Of a stretch of 64,000 bases of DNA, positions 28,447-39,233 are shown piece by piece (the first letter of the stretch is position 1; the number at the start of each line of letters is the position of its first letter). The notes under the pieces were generated by a model, which searched no databases, was not told where the DNA came from, and saw nothing but the letters and a program-made list of their open reading frames with translations. The stretch is from Spirochaetota bacterium (GTDB lineage Bacteria > Spirochaetota > UBA4802 > UBA5550): contig CAXXHB010000003.1 of NCBI GenBank assembly GCA_963664815.2, forward strand, positions 1,504,001 through 1,568,000, read 5' to 3'. Made by a program: the position numbers and the translations under genes.

Positions 28447-31263
28447 TTAATTTACTGCATTTTCAATGGCAGAAACAATATCTTCAAGATTATATGGCTT
28501 CTGAAGAAAACCTGCAATTTTTTCATCAGCAAATCTGGATACTATGTCAAACTCGCAATATCCGCTGGTTATAATAATCGGGATATCGGGATCTATTTTT
28601 CTTATTTCACTGAGTGCCTCGCTTCCGTCCAGTTCCGGCATTGTAAGATCAAGCATGATGCATGATATTTCATTCTTATTTTTCATAAATACTTCAATTG
28701 CCTCTTTACCGTTTCGGGCAATGTGAACCTTATAACCCGAGATATGAAGCATTTTTGTTGTAAGATCACGTATATATTTTTCATCGTCAGCAATAAGGAC
28801 TGTGAGGGACTTTACTCCTGCTGCCTGTCTCTTTTTAATTGCCTGTTTATCCTGGATACCACCCTCCAGTGAAACTGGAAAAAATATTTTAAAACATGTT
28901 CCTTCCCCAATTATACTTTTTACAGACAAACCGGCATTGTGACTTCGGATTATTCCGGAAACAGCGGAAAGGCCAAGGCCTCTTCCTGTAAATTTAGTAG
29001 TGAAGAAAGGTTCAAATATCTGTTCAAGCTTACCGCTTTCAATTCCGCAACCTGAATCGGTTATTTCAAGTACAGCATAGTTCCCAGGTATAACATTATT
29101 GCTGATGGCCAGAGTTTCAATTTCAGGTAATGTCAGTGAGGATACTGATGTCTTCACCATGATCGTACCATTATTCTCAATGGCATCTGATCCGTTAAGT
29201 ATCATGTTCAATAAAACCTGTCTTATCTGCGTGGCATCCCCTTTTATTCCGGGGAGTTCGGGTAGAAAGGAGTATGATAAATCCACTTTTTTTGATATTG
29301 ATGCTTCGAGAAGAGTATGCATGTCAATGATGAGATCGTTGAGGTTTATCTGTTCAATTATGAATGTTCCTTTTCCGGAATAGGCCAGCATCTGGTTGGT
29401 GAGCTGACTTGCCAGCTTTGTAGCGCGTTTAATTTCTATAATTCGCTGTTGAATTTCAGTATCCTGCGGGAGCTCATATAAAAGTATTTCAGAATTTCCC
29501 AGTATGCCGGTCAGAAGATTGTTGAAGTCATGAGCAATTCCACCTGCGAGTACTCCAAGACTTTCAAGTTTCTGCGCCTGCTGCATTTTAAGTTCCAGCT
29601 CAACCCGTTTAAGTTCAGCCTCTTTCTTTTCTGTTATATCAATAACAGAACCCGCAGCGCGAAGTGGTCTATTGTCAGAATCATATTCAACGATCCTGCC
29701 CCTTGAAAAAAACCATCTGTAGCTTCCGTCGGGCAATTTTGCCCTGTATTCATCTGTGTATGTTTCGTTCTTTTGGCCAAACAGCATGTTTAATGTTTTC
29801 TGTGCAGACGGGAAATCATCAGTATGAATATAGTCTTCCCATGTAATGCTGGCATCATCAATGGTATTTGATTTGAACCCTAGTAATTCACTCATTATGG
29901 TGTTCAGTATCAGTTTATTTTTTCTAATATCAACGTCCCATAGGCCAATAACACCTGCCTTCAGCGCTGTGTCGAGTCGTTCCCACATCTTTTTCAGTTC
30001 AAGCTCGGCTTCGTGTCTTTCGGTCTCATCTCTTCCTGACGAAAAAATAAGGCGTGTATTTTTAAAGGCAATACTGCTCCATCTTATTATTTTATATTCA
30101 TTATTTTTGTTGCGATACCTGTTGGTAAGTGTCATTAGTTTGTCTGACTTTTTCAGTTCAATGATGAATTCATCAGTTTTTTGAATATCATCCGGATGAA
30201 TGAGATCGTGAAAGCTCATATTTTTTACCTCATCAATCTCCCATCCCAGAATGCTTGTCCATGCGGTGTTAGCCTGTTTCAGGTCTCCGTTATAATCATG
30301 TATGGCAATCAGGTCTCCTGAATTGTTAAAGAACAGGTCACGTTCAAACTGTGATGCTCTCAGACGGGTGATATCTTCAATGAAGGTAGTAAGATATTTT
30401 TCACCGGTAAACTCATCGGTCATTTTCAGCATGTATACATTCTCATAGACAGTGGATCCGTCTTTTTTGGAACCTGTTAAATCAAAGGCATTGATAATAT
30501 CACTTTTTGACAGCCTTTCAATTAATCTTCCCCTTGCTTCTTTATCATGGTAGAGGTTTTTTGTGTTTATGATACATTTTACAAAATCATCAAGAGAGTC
30601 ATATCCGAAGATCCTGAACAGCGCATCGTTCGCATCGAGAATCTCTCCTGATATTGTTGACTGAATTATACCGATAGGTGAGTTTTCAAAAATTTTCCTG
30701 AATTTTGTTTCACTGACTCTGAGTTTATTGTTTGCTCCTTCAAGATCCATCTGATTTTTCTGGAGCTCATCCATAATGGCGGCCATTTCTTCATTCTGGG
30801 CTTCCGATTCTTCATACAGAGCTTCGATTTCTGAATTCTTTGTGCTCAGCTCATTTTCAATAAGCTTCTGACCGGAGATATCAAAAGTTATTCCATCTAC
30901 TCTTGATGGAAGGCTGTTTTTATATCTTGTAATCTGACCGTTCAGGAAGAGCCAGATGTATTCACCATTGTTCCTCTTTAAGCGATATTCAAATTCAAAA
31001 CCTTCAGGATTTTTGTTTTTTATATATTGAACAAGATTTTCTTTTATTCTATCCTGATCTTCGGGATGTACATATGCTATCCATGAATCCATTGTATATT
31101 GTTTTGTTTTTTTGTATCCAAGTTTGTCCAGCCAGAAATCATCTATATAAATCTGGTTGTTAATAATATCCCATTTCCACAAACCGATCTTTCTTTTTGT
31201 CAGGGGCATTATAATATTTATCTTTTTTGATATCTGGTTAATACGTTTAAGAAAATTTTTCAT
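28447..31263 (-). CDS. Cytoplasmic multi-PAS hybrid sensor histidine kinase/response regulator
   Basis: Several PAS/PAC repeats (VHPED, IHPDD), H-box GGIAHDFNNLL, FEPFFTTK..GRGLGL, receiver domain with KP. Confidence 0.93.
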   Translation of the reverse strand: MKNFLKRINQISKKINIIMPLTKRKIGLWKWDIINNQIYIDDFWLDKLGYKKTKQYTMDSWIAYVHPEDQDRIKENLVQYIKNKNPEGFEFEYRLKRNNGEYIWLFLNGQITRYKNSLPSRVDGITFDISGQKLIENELSTKNSEIEALYEESEAQNEEMAAIMDELQKNQMDLEGANNKLRVSETKFRKIFENSPIGIIQSTISGEILDANDALFRIFGYDSLDDFVKCIINTKNLYHDKEARGRLIERLSKSDIINAFDLTGSKKDGSTVYENVYMLKMTDEFTGEKYLTTFIEDITRLRASQFERDLFFNNSGDLIAIHDYNGDLKQANTAWTSILGWEIDEVKNMSFHDLIHPDDIQKTDEFIIELKKSDKLMTLTNRYRNKNNEYKIIRWSSIAFKNTRLIFSSGRDETERHEAELELKKMWERLDTALKAGVIGLWDVDIRKNKLILNTIMSELLGFKSNTIDDASITWEDYIHTDDFPSAQKTLNMLFGQKNETYTDEYRAKLPDGSYRWFFSRGRIVEYDSDNRPLRAAGSVIDITEKKEAELKRVELELKMQQAQKLESLGVLAGGIAHDFNNLLTGILGNSEILLYELPQDTEIQQRIIEIKRATKLASQLTNQMLAYSGKGTFIIEQINLNDLIIDMHTLLEASISKKVDLSYSFLPELPGIKGDATQIRQVLLNMILNGSDAIENNGTIMVKTSVSSLTLPEIETLAISNNVIPGNYAVLEITDSGCGIESGKLEQIFEPFFTTKFTGRGLGLSAVSGIIRSHNAGLSVKSIIGEGTCFKIFFPVSLEGGIQDKQAIKKRQAAGVKSLTVLIADDEKYIRDLTTKMLHISGYKVHIARNGKEAIEVFMKNKNEISCIMLDLTMPELDGSEALSEIRKIDPDIPIIITSGYCEFDIVSRFADEKIAGFLQKPYNLEDIVSAIENAVN

Positions 31264-31341
31264 ATTTATACTATCCGGTTCTTTATAAGTCTTTTAAATT
31301 ACATTTTTTACTACAGGACAGATAATCCATACTGCGGGTCA

Positions 31342-31575
31342 TCAATAATCGTAAAGATTTGAAGATGGTTTACCTGTAACGATTTCACTTGAATCCCTTT
31401 CTATCCTGTTAATCAGATTCCGGAGTTTGTCTTTTGTTTCCTCCGTGTATTGTACTTCGTCACATCTCATGCATTTATAGGAGGGAACATTTTCGAGTAT
31501 AAAAGTATAATATTTACTGCTGTTTCTGTATGTACTTTTCCCTTCAATCAATACTCCGCCGCATTTACACTGCAT
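31342..31575 (-). CDS. YgiT/MqsA-type zinc finger protein (stand-alone)
   Basis: CxCGG...ILENVPSYKCMRCDE. Confidence 0.8.
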   Translation of the reverse strand: MQCKCGGVLIEGKSTYRNSSKYYTFILENVPSYKCMRCDEVQYTEETKDKLRNLINRIERDSSEIVTGKPSSNLYDY

Positions 31576-32203
31576 TTTTTCACCTCGATTAATCTTTTCG
31601 TAATAACTTCACTGAGGCGGTTAACTGTCAATAAAATTAGATTGAGCAGGCCGGACTTTTATAATTATTATATATATTTTAAAAAGTGATCAGTTATGCA
31701 GTTTGAAATAAACAGATATGTTTTCTGTTTCAGTAATGCAGGTAGTATTTTACCAATCTGATTGTTATTAAAAAAATATTTGTCTTTTTTAACAATCCGG
31801 GAGTAATATCAGTTTTAATGTTAATAATTAAATATATTTATTATAATTCTAATTTGAGATTTGAATGAATATAAAAATTATATAATAAAATAATTTTAAA
31901 GACACTTATTTCTTGAATTAATAAAAATACTTTTATCATGTTGAACATGAATGAATTCTGACAAAGTCTGATAATTGAATCTTAAATATCAGAGCATTTT
32001 AATGATAAAAAATGAAACGCTATATTTCGGTTTTTATATTAAATATTATGTCACAGTATTGAGGTTTTTAATTGACACAGTTATAAAAAAAATATTTATT
32101 ATTCAATGTTTATTCCTTTATTTCTATCAGTAAAAAGATATTATCATCTCCATGCCGCAATTGTCGGTGAGTTAAAATATTTGGTATTTAAATTCCGGGG
32201 TTT

Positions 32204-32950
32204 ATGATGGAAAAAAGTTTGATTAGAGCAGCGGAAATTATAAAAAAAACAAAAAATGTAATAGCGTTGACCGGCGCTGGAATTTCAGTGGAAAGTGGTA
32301 TTCCTGATTTCAGAAGTGCCGGCGGTTTATGGGACAAATATGACCCGTCAATTTATGCGTCAATATACTCATTTAAGAGTATGCCTGAAAAGGTCTGGAA
32401 TATGATATTTGAGATGATAGATATTACGGAAAATGCAAAACCGAACAATGCTCATTATGCACTTGCGGAGCTGGAGCAAATGAACCTGCTGAAGGCTGTT
32501 ATTACCCAGAATATAGATAATCTTCATCAGGAGGGGGGGAGCAGAAATGTAATTGAATACCATGGGAATGCTAAACACCTTGTGTGTCTTTCATGCTCGG
32601 TTGAATACAGCGCCCAGGATTTTAATGTCATGGAAAAGAAGATACCACATTGCGGAAAATGCGGTAAAATATTAAAACCATCGGTAATTTTTTTCGGTGA
32701 AAATATTCCGGATAATGCTCTCCGTGATTCACAGAAGTTTGCCGAAAATGCAGGTGTTGTTCTTGTGGTTGGAACTTCGGCAGTTGTATATCCCGCAGCG
32801 GGGATTCCAAAGATAGCAAAAAACAGAGGTGCATGCATAATTGAGTTTAATATTGAGGAGACCGAGTTGACCAGGGGTGATACTGATATATTCATAAAGG
32901 GCTCGGCAGGAAAAACTCTCCCCGAACTTGTACAGCTGCTGAAAAAATAG
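32204..32950 (+). CDS. cobB: NAD-dependent deacylase (sirtuin)
   Basis: TGAGISVESGIPDFR, TQNIDNLH, HG, two CxxC, GTS..VYPAA. Confidence 0.93.
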   Translation: MMEKSLIRAAEIIKKTKNVIALTGAGISVESGIPDFRSAGGLWDKYDPSIYASIYSFKSMPEKVWNMIFEMIDITENAKPNNAHYALAELEQMNLLKAVITQNIDNLHQEGGSRNVIEYHGNAKHLVCLSCSVEYSAQDFNVMEKKIPHCGKCGKILKPSVIFFGENIPDNALRDSQKFAENAGVVLVVGTSAVVYPAAGIPKIAKNRGACIIEFNIEETELTRGDTDIFIKGSAGKTLPELVQLLKK

Positions 32951-32959
32951 GTTGAAAAA

Positions 32960-34708
32960 TTGAACAAAATTATACTTTTACCCGATCATATAAAGCATAT
33001 GATTGCAGCAGGAGAAGTTGTTGAAGGGCCTTTTTCTGTTGTAAAAGAACTTGTTGAAAACTCGGTAGATGCCGGGGCTGACATTATTGATGTACAGGTT
33101 TTTGATTCCGGTCTGAAAAAAATCCTTGTAATGGATAATGGAGCCGGTATGCTGAAAGATGATGTTATACTTTCAATAAAAGAACATGCCACGAGTAAAA
33201 TTACCGGCAGTGCCGGACTGCATAATATTACAACATATGGATTCAGGGGGGAGGCTCTTTCCAGTATATCCTCCATTTCAGATATGGTAATACTTACCAG
33301 GGCTTTGGAAGAGGATTTTGGTTCCAGGCTTGAATCGACAGACGGGAAGGTTGTTGTTACTGAATTTGCCGGGATGCCTGGTACAACTGTAATTATTGAA
33401 AATCTCTTTTATAATATGCCGGCGAGAAAAAAATTTTTAAAATCCAAAAAAACCGAGCTGCGGAATATCAGGGAAACTGTTCTTTGCATGGCATTGTCGG
33501 CATATAATATTTCTTTTACACTTGATGTTGACGGCAGGAGGGAGGTCTCTCTTCCTGCCGTTAAAACTGCCGATGAGCGCATACAGCAGGTTTTCGGTAA
33601 AACAATACTTCAAAGCCTGTATGTTGAGGAGCTGGTTGATATTAAAGTTAAACTTCGGGGGTACCTCTCAAAGCCTGATTTTATGAGAAGCTCAAAGAAT
33701 ATGCAGTTTATATTTGTAAACGGCAGGCCGATAGAATATAAATACCTGTCATTTCATCTTTCACGGGCATATGATGCGGTGATACCTAAAGGTAAATATC
33801 CAGCCGCAATAATATTTATTGAGATTGATCCTGAGCTTATTGATGTTAATATACATCCGGCCAAACGCGAAGTGAAACTTTTCGATCAGAAATACATTGA
33901 TGATATGATTTTCAACCTTGCATCTAAATGTCTGAATAAACCTCATTCCATACCTGATTCATTTCTCAGGAGTGCTGCCGGTGATTATAAATCGGTAAAT
34001 ATTCCGGAGAAGGACAGTTCCTATTCACTCCTGCAGAAGACTGTTCAGCTATCTTCAGTTGATGAGTTATCGGAAAATGCATATGGCGGAACACTTTTTA
34101 ATCAGGCAGAGGAGCGTATACCTGTAAATCGTGAGATCAGGACAGGCGGAGGAATAAAAATTCTGGGTACCCTGTTTGATACATACATTCTGGCTGAAGA
34201 TGATAATAAGCTTCATCTGATAGATTTTCATGCTGCACATGAAAGGATTCTATACGATAAGCTTAAGGCTTTTCATAATGAAATTGAATATCAGGAACTT
34301 ATTTTTCCTGTTACTGTGGAACTATCAATTGATGAATTTAATCTTGTGACAGATAATGTTGAAATTTTTAATGAAATAGGATTTGAAATTGAAGAATTTT
34401 CTGATTATACAATAATAATCAGATCTGCACCCGTTATTGCAGGGAATGATAAAATTGATGAATTAATTAAAAATATGATTGATAATATAAAAGATGGAAT
34501 AAAAAGTAATGATCTGACTGAGCGATTTTATTCATTAGTTGCGTGTCATTCGGCAAAAAGAGCCGGAGATAAGCTGAGCGACCCTGATATTGAAACTCTG
34601 ACACGCAAGGTAATGGATGGAAGCATGGAATTAAGGTGTCCGCACGGCAGGCCTTTTTTCTTTACAATAAATCGGAACGATCTTGAGAGGATATTTAAAA
34701 GGATATGA
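32960..34708 (+). CDS. mutL: DNA mismatch repair endonuclease MutL
   Basis: IAAGEVV, KELVENS, GFRGEAL, DVNIHPAK, D(F)HAAHER, ACH, CPHGRP. Confidence 0.96.
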   Translation: MNKIILLPDHIKHMIAAGEVVEGPFSVVKELVENSVDAGADIIDVQVFDSGLKKILVMDNGAGMLKDDVILSIKEHATSKITGSAGLHNITTYGFRGEALSSISSISDMVILTRALEEDFGSRLESTDGKVVVTEFAGMPGTTVIIENLFYNMPARKKFLKSKKTELRNIRETVLCMALSAYNISFTLDVDGRREVSLPAVKTADERIQQVFGKTILQSLYVEELVDIKVKLRGYLSKPDFMRSSKNMQFIFVNGRPIEYKYLSFHLSRAYDAVIPKGKYPAAIIFIEIDPELIDVNIHPAKREVKLFDQKYIDDMIFNLASKCLNKPHSIPDSFLRSAAGDYKSVNIPEKDSSYSLLQKTVQLSSVDELSENAYGGTLFNQAEERIPVNREIRTGGGIKILGTLFDTYILAEDDNKLHLIDFHAAHERILYDKLKAFHNEIEYQELIFPVTVELSIDEFNLVTDNVEIFNEIGFEIEEFSDYTIIIRSAPVIAGNDKIDELIKNMIDNIKDGIKSNDLTERFYSLVACHSAKRAGDKLSDPDIETLTRKVMDGSMELRCPHGRPFFFTINRNDLERIFKRI

Positions 34709-35241
34709 AAAAAATAGTACTGGCGGTTGGGTCATCAATTTCAGCGTATAAATCGTGTGATCTGTCCCGGCTTTTCGTTAAGGGGGGGTATGATGTCTTT
34801 ATGGTGTTGACTGAGAACGCAACAAAACTCGTATCTCCGCTGGCACTTGAGGCTCTGACAGGTCACCCTGTATATACTGATGAAACATTATGGGAAAAAC
34901 ATGAAATGGGGCATATAACCCTGAAAGATAATGCGGCACTCTTTCTGGCTGCCCCCGCTACAGCAAATATGCTTGGTAAGTTCGCAAACGGTATCGCAGA
35001 CGATATAGTAAGTACAACATTTCTCGCCATGAAATGCCCTGTACTTATTGCACCTGCCATGAATCCTGATATGTACAGCCATCCATCAGTCAGGTTTAAT
35101 ATTGAAAAGCTGAAAGGATGGGGATTTAAATTTGTTGAACCGGAGGAAGGACTGGTTGCGTGCGGAGATACAGGAAAAGGAAGACTTGCTGATATAAATG
35201 TAATTTATGAGGCGGCAGTCAATGTTATTGAAGGAAAGTAA
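34705..35241 (+). CDS. coaC: Phosphopantothenoylcysteine decarboxylase (stand-alone)
   Basis: APATAN..ANGIADD, APAMN, LVACGDTGKGRL. Confidence 0.9.
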   Translation: MKKIVLAVGSSISAYKSCDLSRLFVKGGYDVFMVLTENATKLVSPLALEALTGHPVYTDETLWEKHEMGHITLKDNAALFLAAPATANMLGKFANGIADDIVSTTFLAMKCPVLIAPAMNPDMYSHPSVRFNIEKLKGWGFKFVEPEEGLVACGDTGKGRLADINVIYEAAVNVIEGK

Positions 35242-35902
35242 GATTATCGTAACCGGTGGTCCAACCCGTGAGTGGTTTGATCCGATAAGGTATATCTCTA
35301 ATGCATCAAGCGGCAAGATGGGGGTCGCTCTTGCCGATGAATCTTACAAAATTTCAGCAAATACTCTTTTCATTCACGGTCCTATAAATGAAAATCTCGT
35401 TAAAGATAAACCTTACAAATGTATTAAGGTCGAAACTACATCAGAACTGCTTGAAGCGGTACTCGGGCAGATTGGAGAAAATTCAGTGCTGATTATGTGT
35501 GCTGCACCGGCTGATTACACACCAATGGAAAAGTCTGAAGAAAAAATAAAAAAACAGGACGGTGACATTACCATTCGCATGAAAAGAACACCGGATATAC
35601 TTAAAAATGTTGCGGAATTCAGAGAGTCAGCCGGATTGAAAAATATTTTTGTAGCAGGATTTGCAGCTGAGACCATTAATACAGAAGATTATGCAATATC
35701 CAAACTGGCCGGTAAAAATCTTGACATGATATGTCTTAATGATGTGTCGAAAGAGGGAGCCGGATTTAACCTGGATACAAATATAATGACGCTTTTCACC
35801 AGAACCGGGCTGAAAATTGAATTACCCATGCTTGCAAAGGATAAAGTTGCTTTCGAAATACTAAATCTGATTAATACTGAGCTTCTAAAAAGAGGTGAGT
35901 AG
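35222..35902 (+). CDS. coaB: Phosphopantothenate--cysteine ligase (stand-alone)
   Basis: VTGGPTRE.FDPIRYISNASSGKMG, AAPADY, GFAAET; GAGG RBS before ATG 35222. Confidence 0.9.
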   Translation: MLLKESKIIVTGGPTREWFDPIRYISNASSGKMGVALADESYKISANTLFIHGPINENLVKDKPYKCIKVETTSELLEAVLGQIGENSVLIMCAAPADYTPMEKSEEKIKKQDGDITIRMKRTPDILKNVAEFRESAGLKNIFVAGFAAETINTEDYAISKLAGKNLDMICLNDVSKEGAGFNLDTNIMTLFTRTGLKIELPMLAKDKVAFEILNLINTELLKRGE

Positions 35903-35904
35903 TT

Positions 35905-36735
35905 ATGTTTATACGAAAACCGGTAGTGGCAGGTTCTTTTTATCCGGGAGATCCCCTGGAGTTGCAGAAGATGATAACTGAGTTTCTGGATTTTGCGGGA
36001 CCTGTATCTGGGGAGTTTGAAAATGATAAAATAATGGGGATAATATCTCCGCATGCCGGTTATGTCTATTCCGGACCTGTGGCTGCTTATGGATATAACT
36101 ATCTTGCCCATAGCAGGTATAACCGGTTTGTGGTGCTTGCACCTTCTCATCACGGGAGGTTTAACGGTGCATCAGTAATTCCGGGTGGTATTTTCAAAAC
36201 TCCGCTTGGTGATGTTAAAATAGATTCAGGCATTGGTGAAAGGCTTGAAAAAAGAGGCCATTTCGGATTCATAAAGGAAGCTCACGAGATGGAACATTCT
36301 CTGGAGGTACAGATTCCCTTTCTGCAGATGGTAAAACCAGAAGCGGAAATTGTACCGGTTGTGATGGGAACAATAGAACCTGAGCTCTGCAGAGTAATCG
36401 GTGAGACAATAGCGGAGGAGGTTATCTCTTCAGGAAGGGAGTATGGAATAATAATCTCCACGGATCTTTCCCATTATCATGCTTATAATGTAGCTGTTAA
36501 AAAAGATAAAGAGTTTATAACTGCACTTGAATCGTTCGATGGGCGAAAAGTTGCAGATGTAATCCTGTCAGGAAGGGGTGAAGCATGTGGAGAAGGCGGG
36601 ATTCTGGCGGGGATTTCACTTGCGAGGATGCTTGGAGCGAAACGAATTAAAACTGTAAAGTATGCGAATTCTGGCGACACTGCAGGACCGAAGGATCAGG
36701 TTGTCGGTTATCTATCGGCGTTAATTCTTGGCTGA
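35905..36735 (+). CDS. amrB: AmmeMemoRadiSam protein B (MEMO1 family)
   Basis: RKPVVAGSFYP, SPHAGYVYSG, EHSLEVQIPF, STDLSHY, ACG, VVGY. Confidence 0.93.
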   Translation: MFIRKPVVAGSFYPGDPLELQKMITEFLDFAGPVSGEFENDKIMGIISPHAGYVYSGPVAAYGYNYLAHSRYNRFVVLAPSHHGRFNGASVIPGGIFKTPLGDVKIDSGIGERLEKRGHFGFIKEAHEMEHSLEVQIPFLQMVKPEAEIVPVVMGTIEPELCRVIGETIAEEVISSGREYGIIISTDLSHYHAYNVAVKKDKEFITALESFDGRKVADVILSGRGEACGEGGILAGISLARMLGAKRIKTVKYANSGDTAGPKDQVVGYLSALILG

Positions 36736-36750
36736 TGGGGGGTAAATGAT

Positions 36751-37314
36751 ATGATAGAGCTAAACAGGGATCAGCAGATAAAATTGCTTAAGCTTGCAAG
36801 AAGAACAATTGCAGATAAACTCGGTATTTCCGGAGCACCCGAGATACCCTCTTTTAATGATGATATTTTTAATGAAAAATGTGGCGCCTTCGTAACTATT
36901 CATATTAAAGGCAGACTTAGAGGATGTATCGGGTATATTGAGGGTGTAAAATCGATTCCTGAAACAGTAAAAGATATGGCAGCTGCATCCGCTTTCAGCG
37001 ATCCCCGGTTTTCATCGCTTACAGCTGATGAATATAAAAAGATTGATATTGAAATTTCTGTTCTCAGCCCTGTAGAAAAAGTAAGCAACATCGATGAGAT
37101 TGTTGTGGGAAGAGATGGACTTATAATAACAAGGGGATACAGCAGAGGTTTATTGCTTCCACAGGTTCCGGTAGAACAGGGGTGGGATAGAAATACTTTT
37201 CTTTCTCAAACATGTTATAAAGCCGGGATATCCGGCGATTCATGGAGAAAACAGGATGTGATGATAGAAAAGTTTTCAGCACAGGTCTTTTCGGAAAATG
37301 AACTTCCTGTGTGA
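36751..37314 (+). CDS. amrA: AmmeMemoRadiSam protein A (AMMECR1 family)
   Basis: GAFVTI..LRGCIG, DPRF, EISVLS, GLLLPQV, KAG. Confidence 0.93.
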   Translation: MIELNRDQQIKLLKLARRTIADKLGISGAPEIPSFNDDIFNEKCGAFVTIHIKGRLRGCIGYIEGVKSIPETVKDMAAASAFSDPRFSSLTADEYKKIDIEISVLSPVEKVSNIDEIVVGRDGLIITRGYSRGLLLPQVPVEQGWDRNTFLSQTCYKAGISGDSWRKQDVMIEKFSAQVFSENELPV

Positions 37315-37458
37315 GAATAAGCTGGTTTACATGTATTTTGGTGATGGCTTTTCATTTAAATTTGTAATATTACGTGGAATTTAAACAATGCGGTTAATAA
37401 AAGAATATTTAAAAGCAGTCAGTATGAATAAGATGTATTAATAAAATGGATTAATTAA

Positions 37459-37923
37459 ATGAATATAAATAAAGCAATAGCAGTGTTACTGATTTTCACG
37501 TTTTCTATTACGCTTTCATGTAAGGGAAAAAAAGCTTTTGTTGATCCCGCTTATGTCTTTTTGAAATGGTCAAGTGCTGTTAAGAATCTTAATTATAAAG
37601 AGTACAGCGAATGTGAAGCCTTTCCAAAAGATGAAATTGTGTTTCGTGAGCTTTATACGGATTTTTATTATGCAGATCTCCTTATACGAAATCTTGGCGA
37701 ATACAATGAGAATGATATCAGGAGAGATATCGAAGGGAATAAATATAACTTACGTAAGGTTTACTTTGAATGTAAAAGAGTGGAACGGAAGAGCGGGCAT
37801 GCAGTTCAGGAAATGAAGGGTGATATTGAATTTGTAAATTATATTAATGGTCCAAAATTAAATAAGGGATGGCTGATGTATAACAGAACAATTATAAGTA
37901 CGGGGATAAATATTAGAAAATGA
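37459..37923 (+). CDS. Lipoprotein of unknown function
   Basis: Lipobox ITLSC; overlaps the lolE-like start. Confidence 0.7.
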   Translation: MNINKAIAVLLIFTFSITLSCKGKKAFVDPAYVFLKWSSAVKNLNYKEYSECEAFPKDEIVFRELYTDFYYADLLIRNLGEYNENDIRRDIEGNKYNLRKVYFECKRVERKSGHAVQEMKGDIEFVNYINGPKLNKGWLMYNRTIISTGINIRK

Positions 37924-39224
37924 AATTTTTTGAATTTTTTGTCGGGTTCCGCTATTTAAAATCGAAAAAAGCACAGGGATTTATATCTTTTAACACGCTT
38001 CTTTCTGTTTTCATAGTTTTTATTGGAGTATTCATTTTAATTGTTGTGCTCTCTGTAATGAACGGTTTTCAGGGGCAGATAAAGAACAAGATTCTTGATG
38101 TCGATTCACATATTGTTGTTTCAACACTGGCCGGTGAAATAGATGGCGTGGCCATTCCCGATTACAGGCATGTTGTGGATAAAATAAGAATGATAGAGGA
38201 CGTTACATCAGCAAATGCATATATTCAGGGTCAGGGCTTATTCAGATTTAAAAGTAATGTAGGTCCGATAATGATCAGGGGTATGGGAACCAGAGAGGAT
38301 GTTCCATCAGATATATTGAAGTTTATAACTTCAAATAAAAGCGGATTCTGCCATGAAAAGGGTGTTTATATCGGGGAGGAAATGGCGTTTAATTATGGTA
38401 TAAAAGCAGGTAACCAGATTGAGTTGATTGTCCCGCAGGGGAGGCTTAGTGCAGTTACTGGTATAACACCAGGTATAGGGAAATTCAAGGTACTGGGTTT
38501 TTTTAAAACAGGTTATTATGATTTCGATACAAAACTTATTATTATGTCTCTTTCTGATTGCCAGAATCTTTTTTCACTTGGTGATGTTGCGTATAACATA
38601 GGGGTAAAAATTAATGACATATATAAGTTGAATAAGATGTCGTCCATTATTCAGTCGGCGATAGGTTTTGAATATGTTACTATGACTGCGGAACAACGGA
38701 ATCATAATCTGTTTTATGCACTTAAGCTTGAGAAACTTATCATGACAATAATACTTTTTCTGGTAATAATTTCAGCGGGATTTACAATTATGGGTACAAT
38801 TGTAATGGTTGTGATGGAGAAGAGAAGAGCGATAGGAATTATGAAATCGATGGGCGCAAAACCTGAATCTATAATGATAATATTTGTCCTTGAGGGTTTT
38901 CTAATAGGTATTATTGGTACCTTTTTGGGCGTTATCCTGGGGCTTGCAGCTTCGCTTAATCTTGAAGCTATTATTTTATGTATTGAAAATGTAATCAATG
39001 CGGTGATGGAATACATGTATGTTTTATTTGATCTTGGAGTTTTTTACCGTATCAATATAGTACCAACCAGTGTTTATTATATTGATTCAATTCCGACGGA
39101 GATCAGTCCTGAATTCATTGTTTTTATAGCGGCGGCAGCAATTTTTCTCTCTACATTCGCTGCTATCTTCCCGGCATGGCAGGCATCAAGACAGAAGCCT
39201 GTTGAAACTATCAGATATGAATAG
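37920..39224 (+). CDS. Lipoprotein-releasing ABC transporter permease (LolC/E)
   Basis: VLSVMNGF, FKTGYYDFD, EKRRAIGIMKSMGA, PAWQAS..PVETIRYE. Confidence 0.92.
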   Translation: MKFFEFFVGFRYLKSKKAQGFISFNTLLSVFIVFIGVFILIVVLSVMNGFQGQIKNKILDVDSHIVVSTLAGEIDGVAIPDYRHVVDKIRMIEDVTSANAYIQGQGLFRFKSNVGPIMIRGMGTREDVPSDILKFITSNKSGFCHEKGVYIGEEMAFNYGIKAGNQIELIVPQGRLSAVTGITPGIGKFKVLGFFKTGYYDFDTKLIIMSLSDCQNLFSLGDVAYNIGVKINDIYKLNKMSSIIQSAIGFEYVTMTAEQRNHNLFYALKLEKLIMTIILFLVIISAGFTIMGTIVMVVMEKRRAIGIMKSMGAKPESIMIIFVLEGFLIGIIGTFLGVILGLAASLNLEAIILCIENVINAVMEYMYVLFDLGVFYRINIVPTSVYYIDSIPTEISPEFIVFIAAAAIFLSTFAAIFPAWQASRQKPVETIRYE

Positions 39225-39233
39225 GTTATTTCA

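Noticed and set aside
32125-32185. Possible fourth copy of the dispersed repeat
   Set aside because: Only loose similarity (GTAAAAAG..TATCATCTC) and a weak stem; cannot be told from chance
34219-34260. MutL endonuclease motif DFHAAHER rather than DQHAAHER
   Set aside because: The second position varies among MutL proteins and the metal ligands, ACH and CPHGRP are intact
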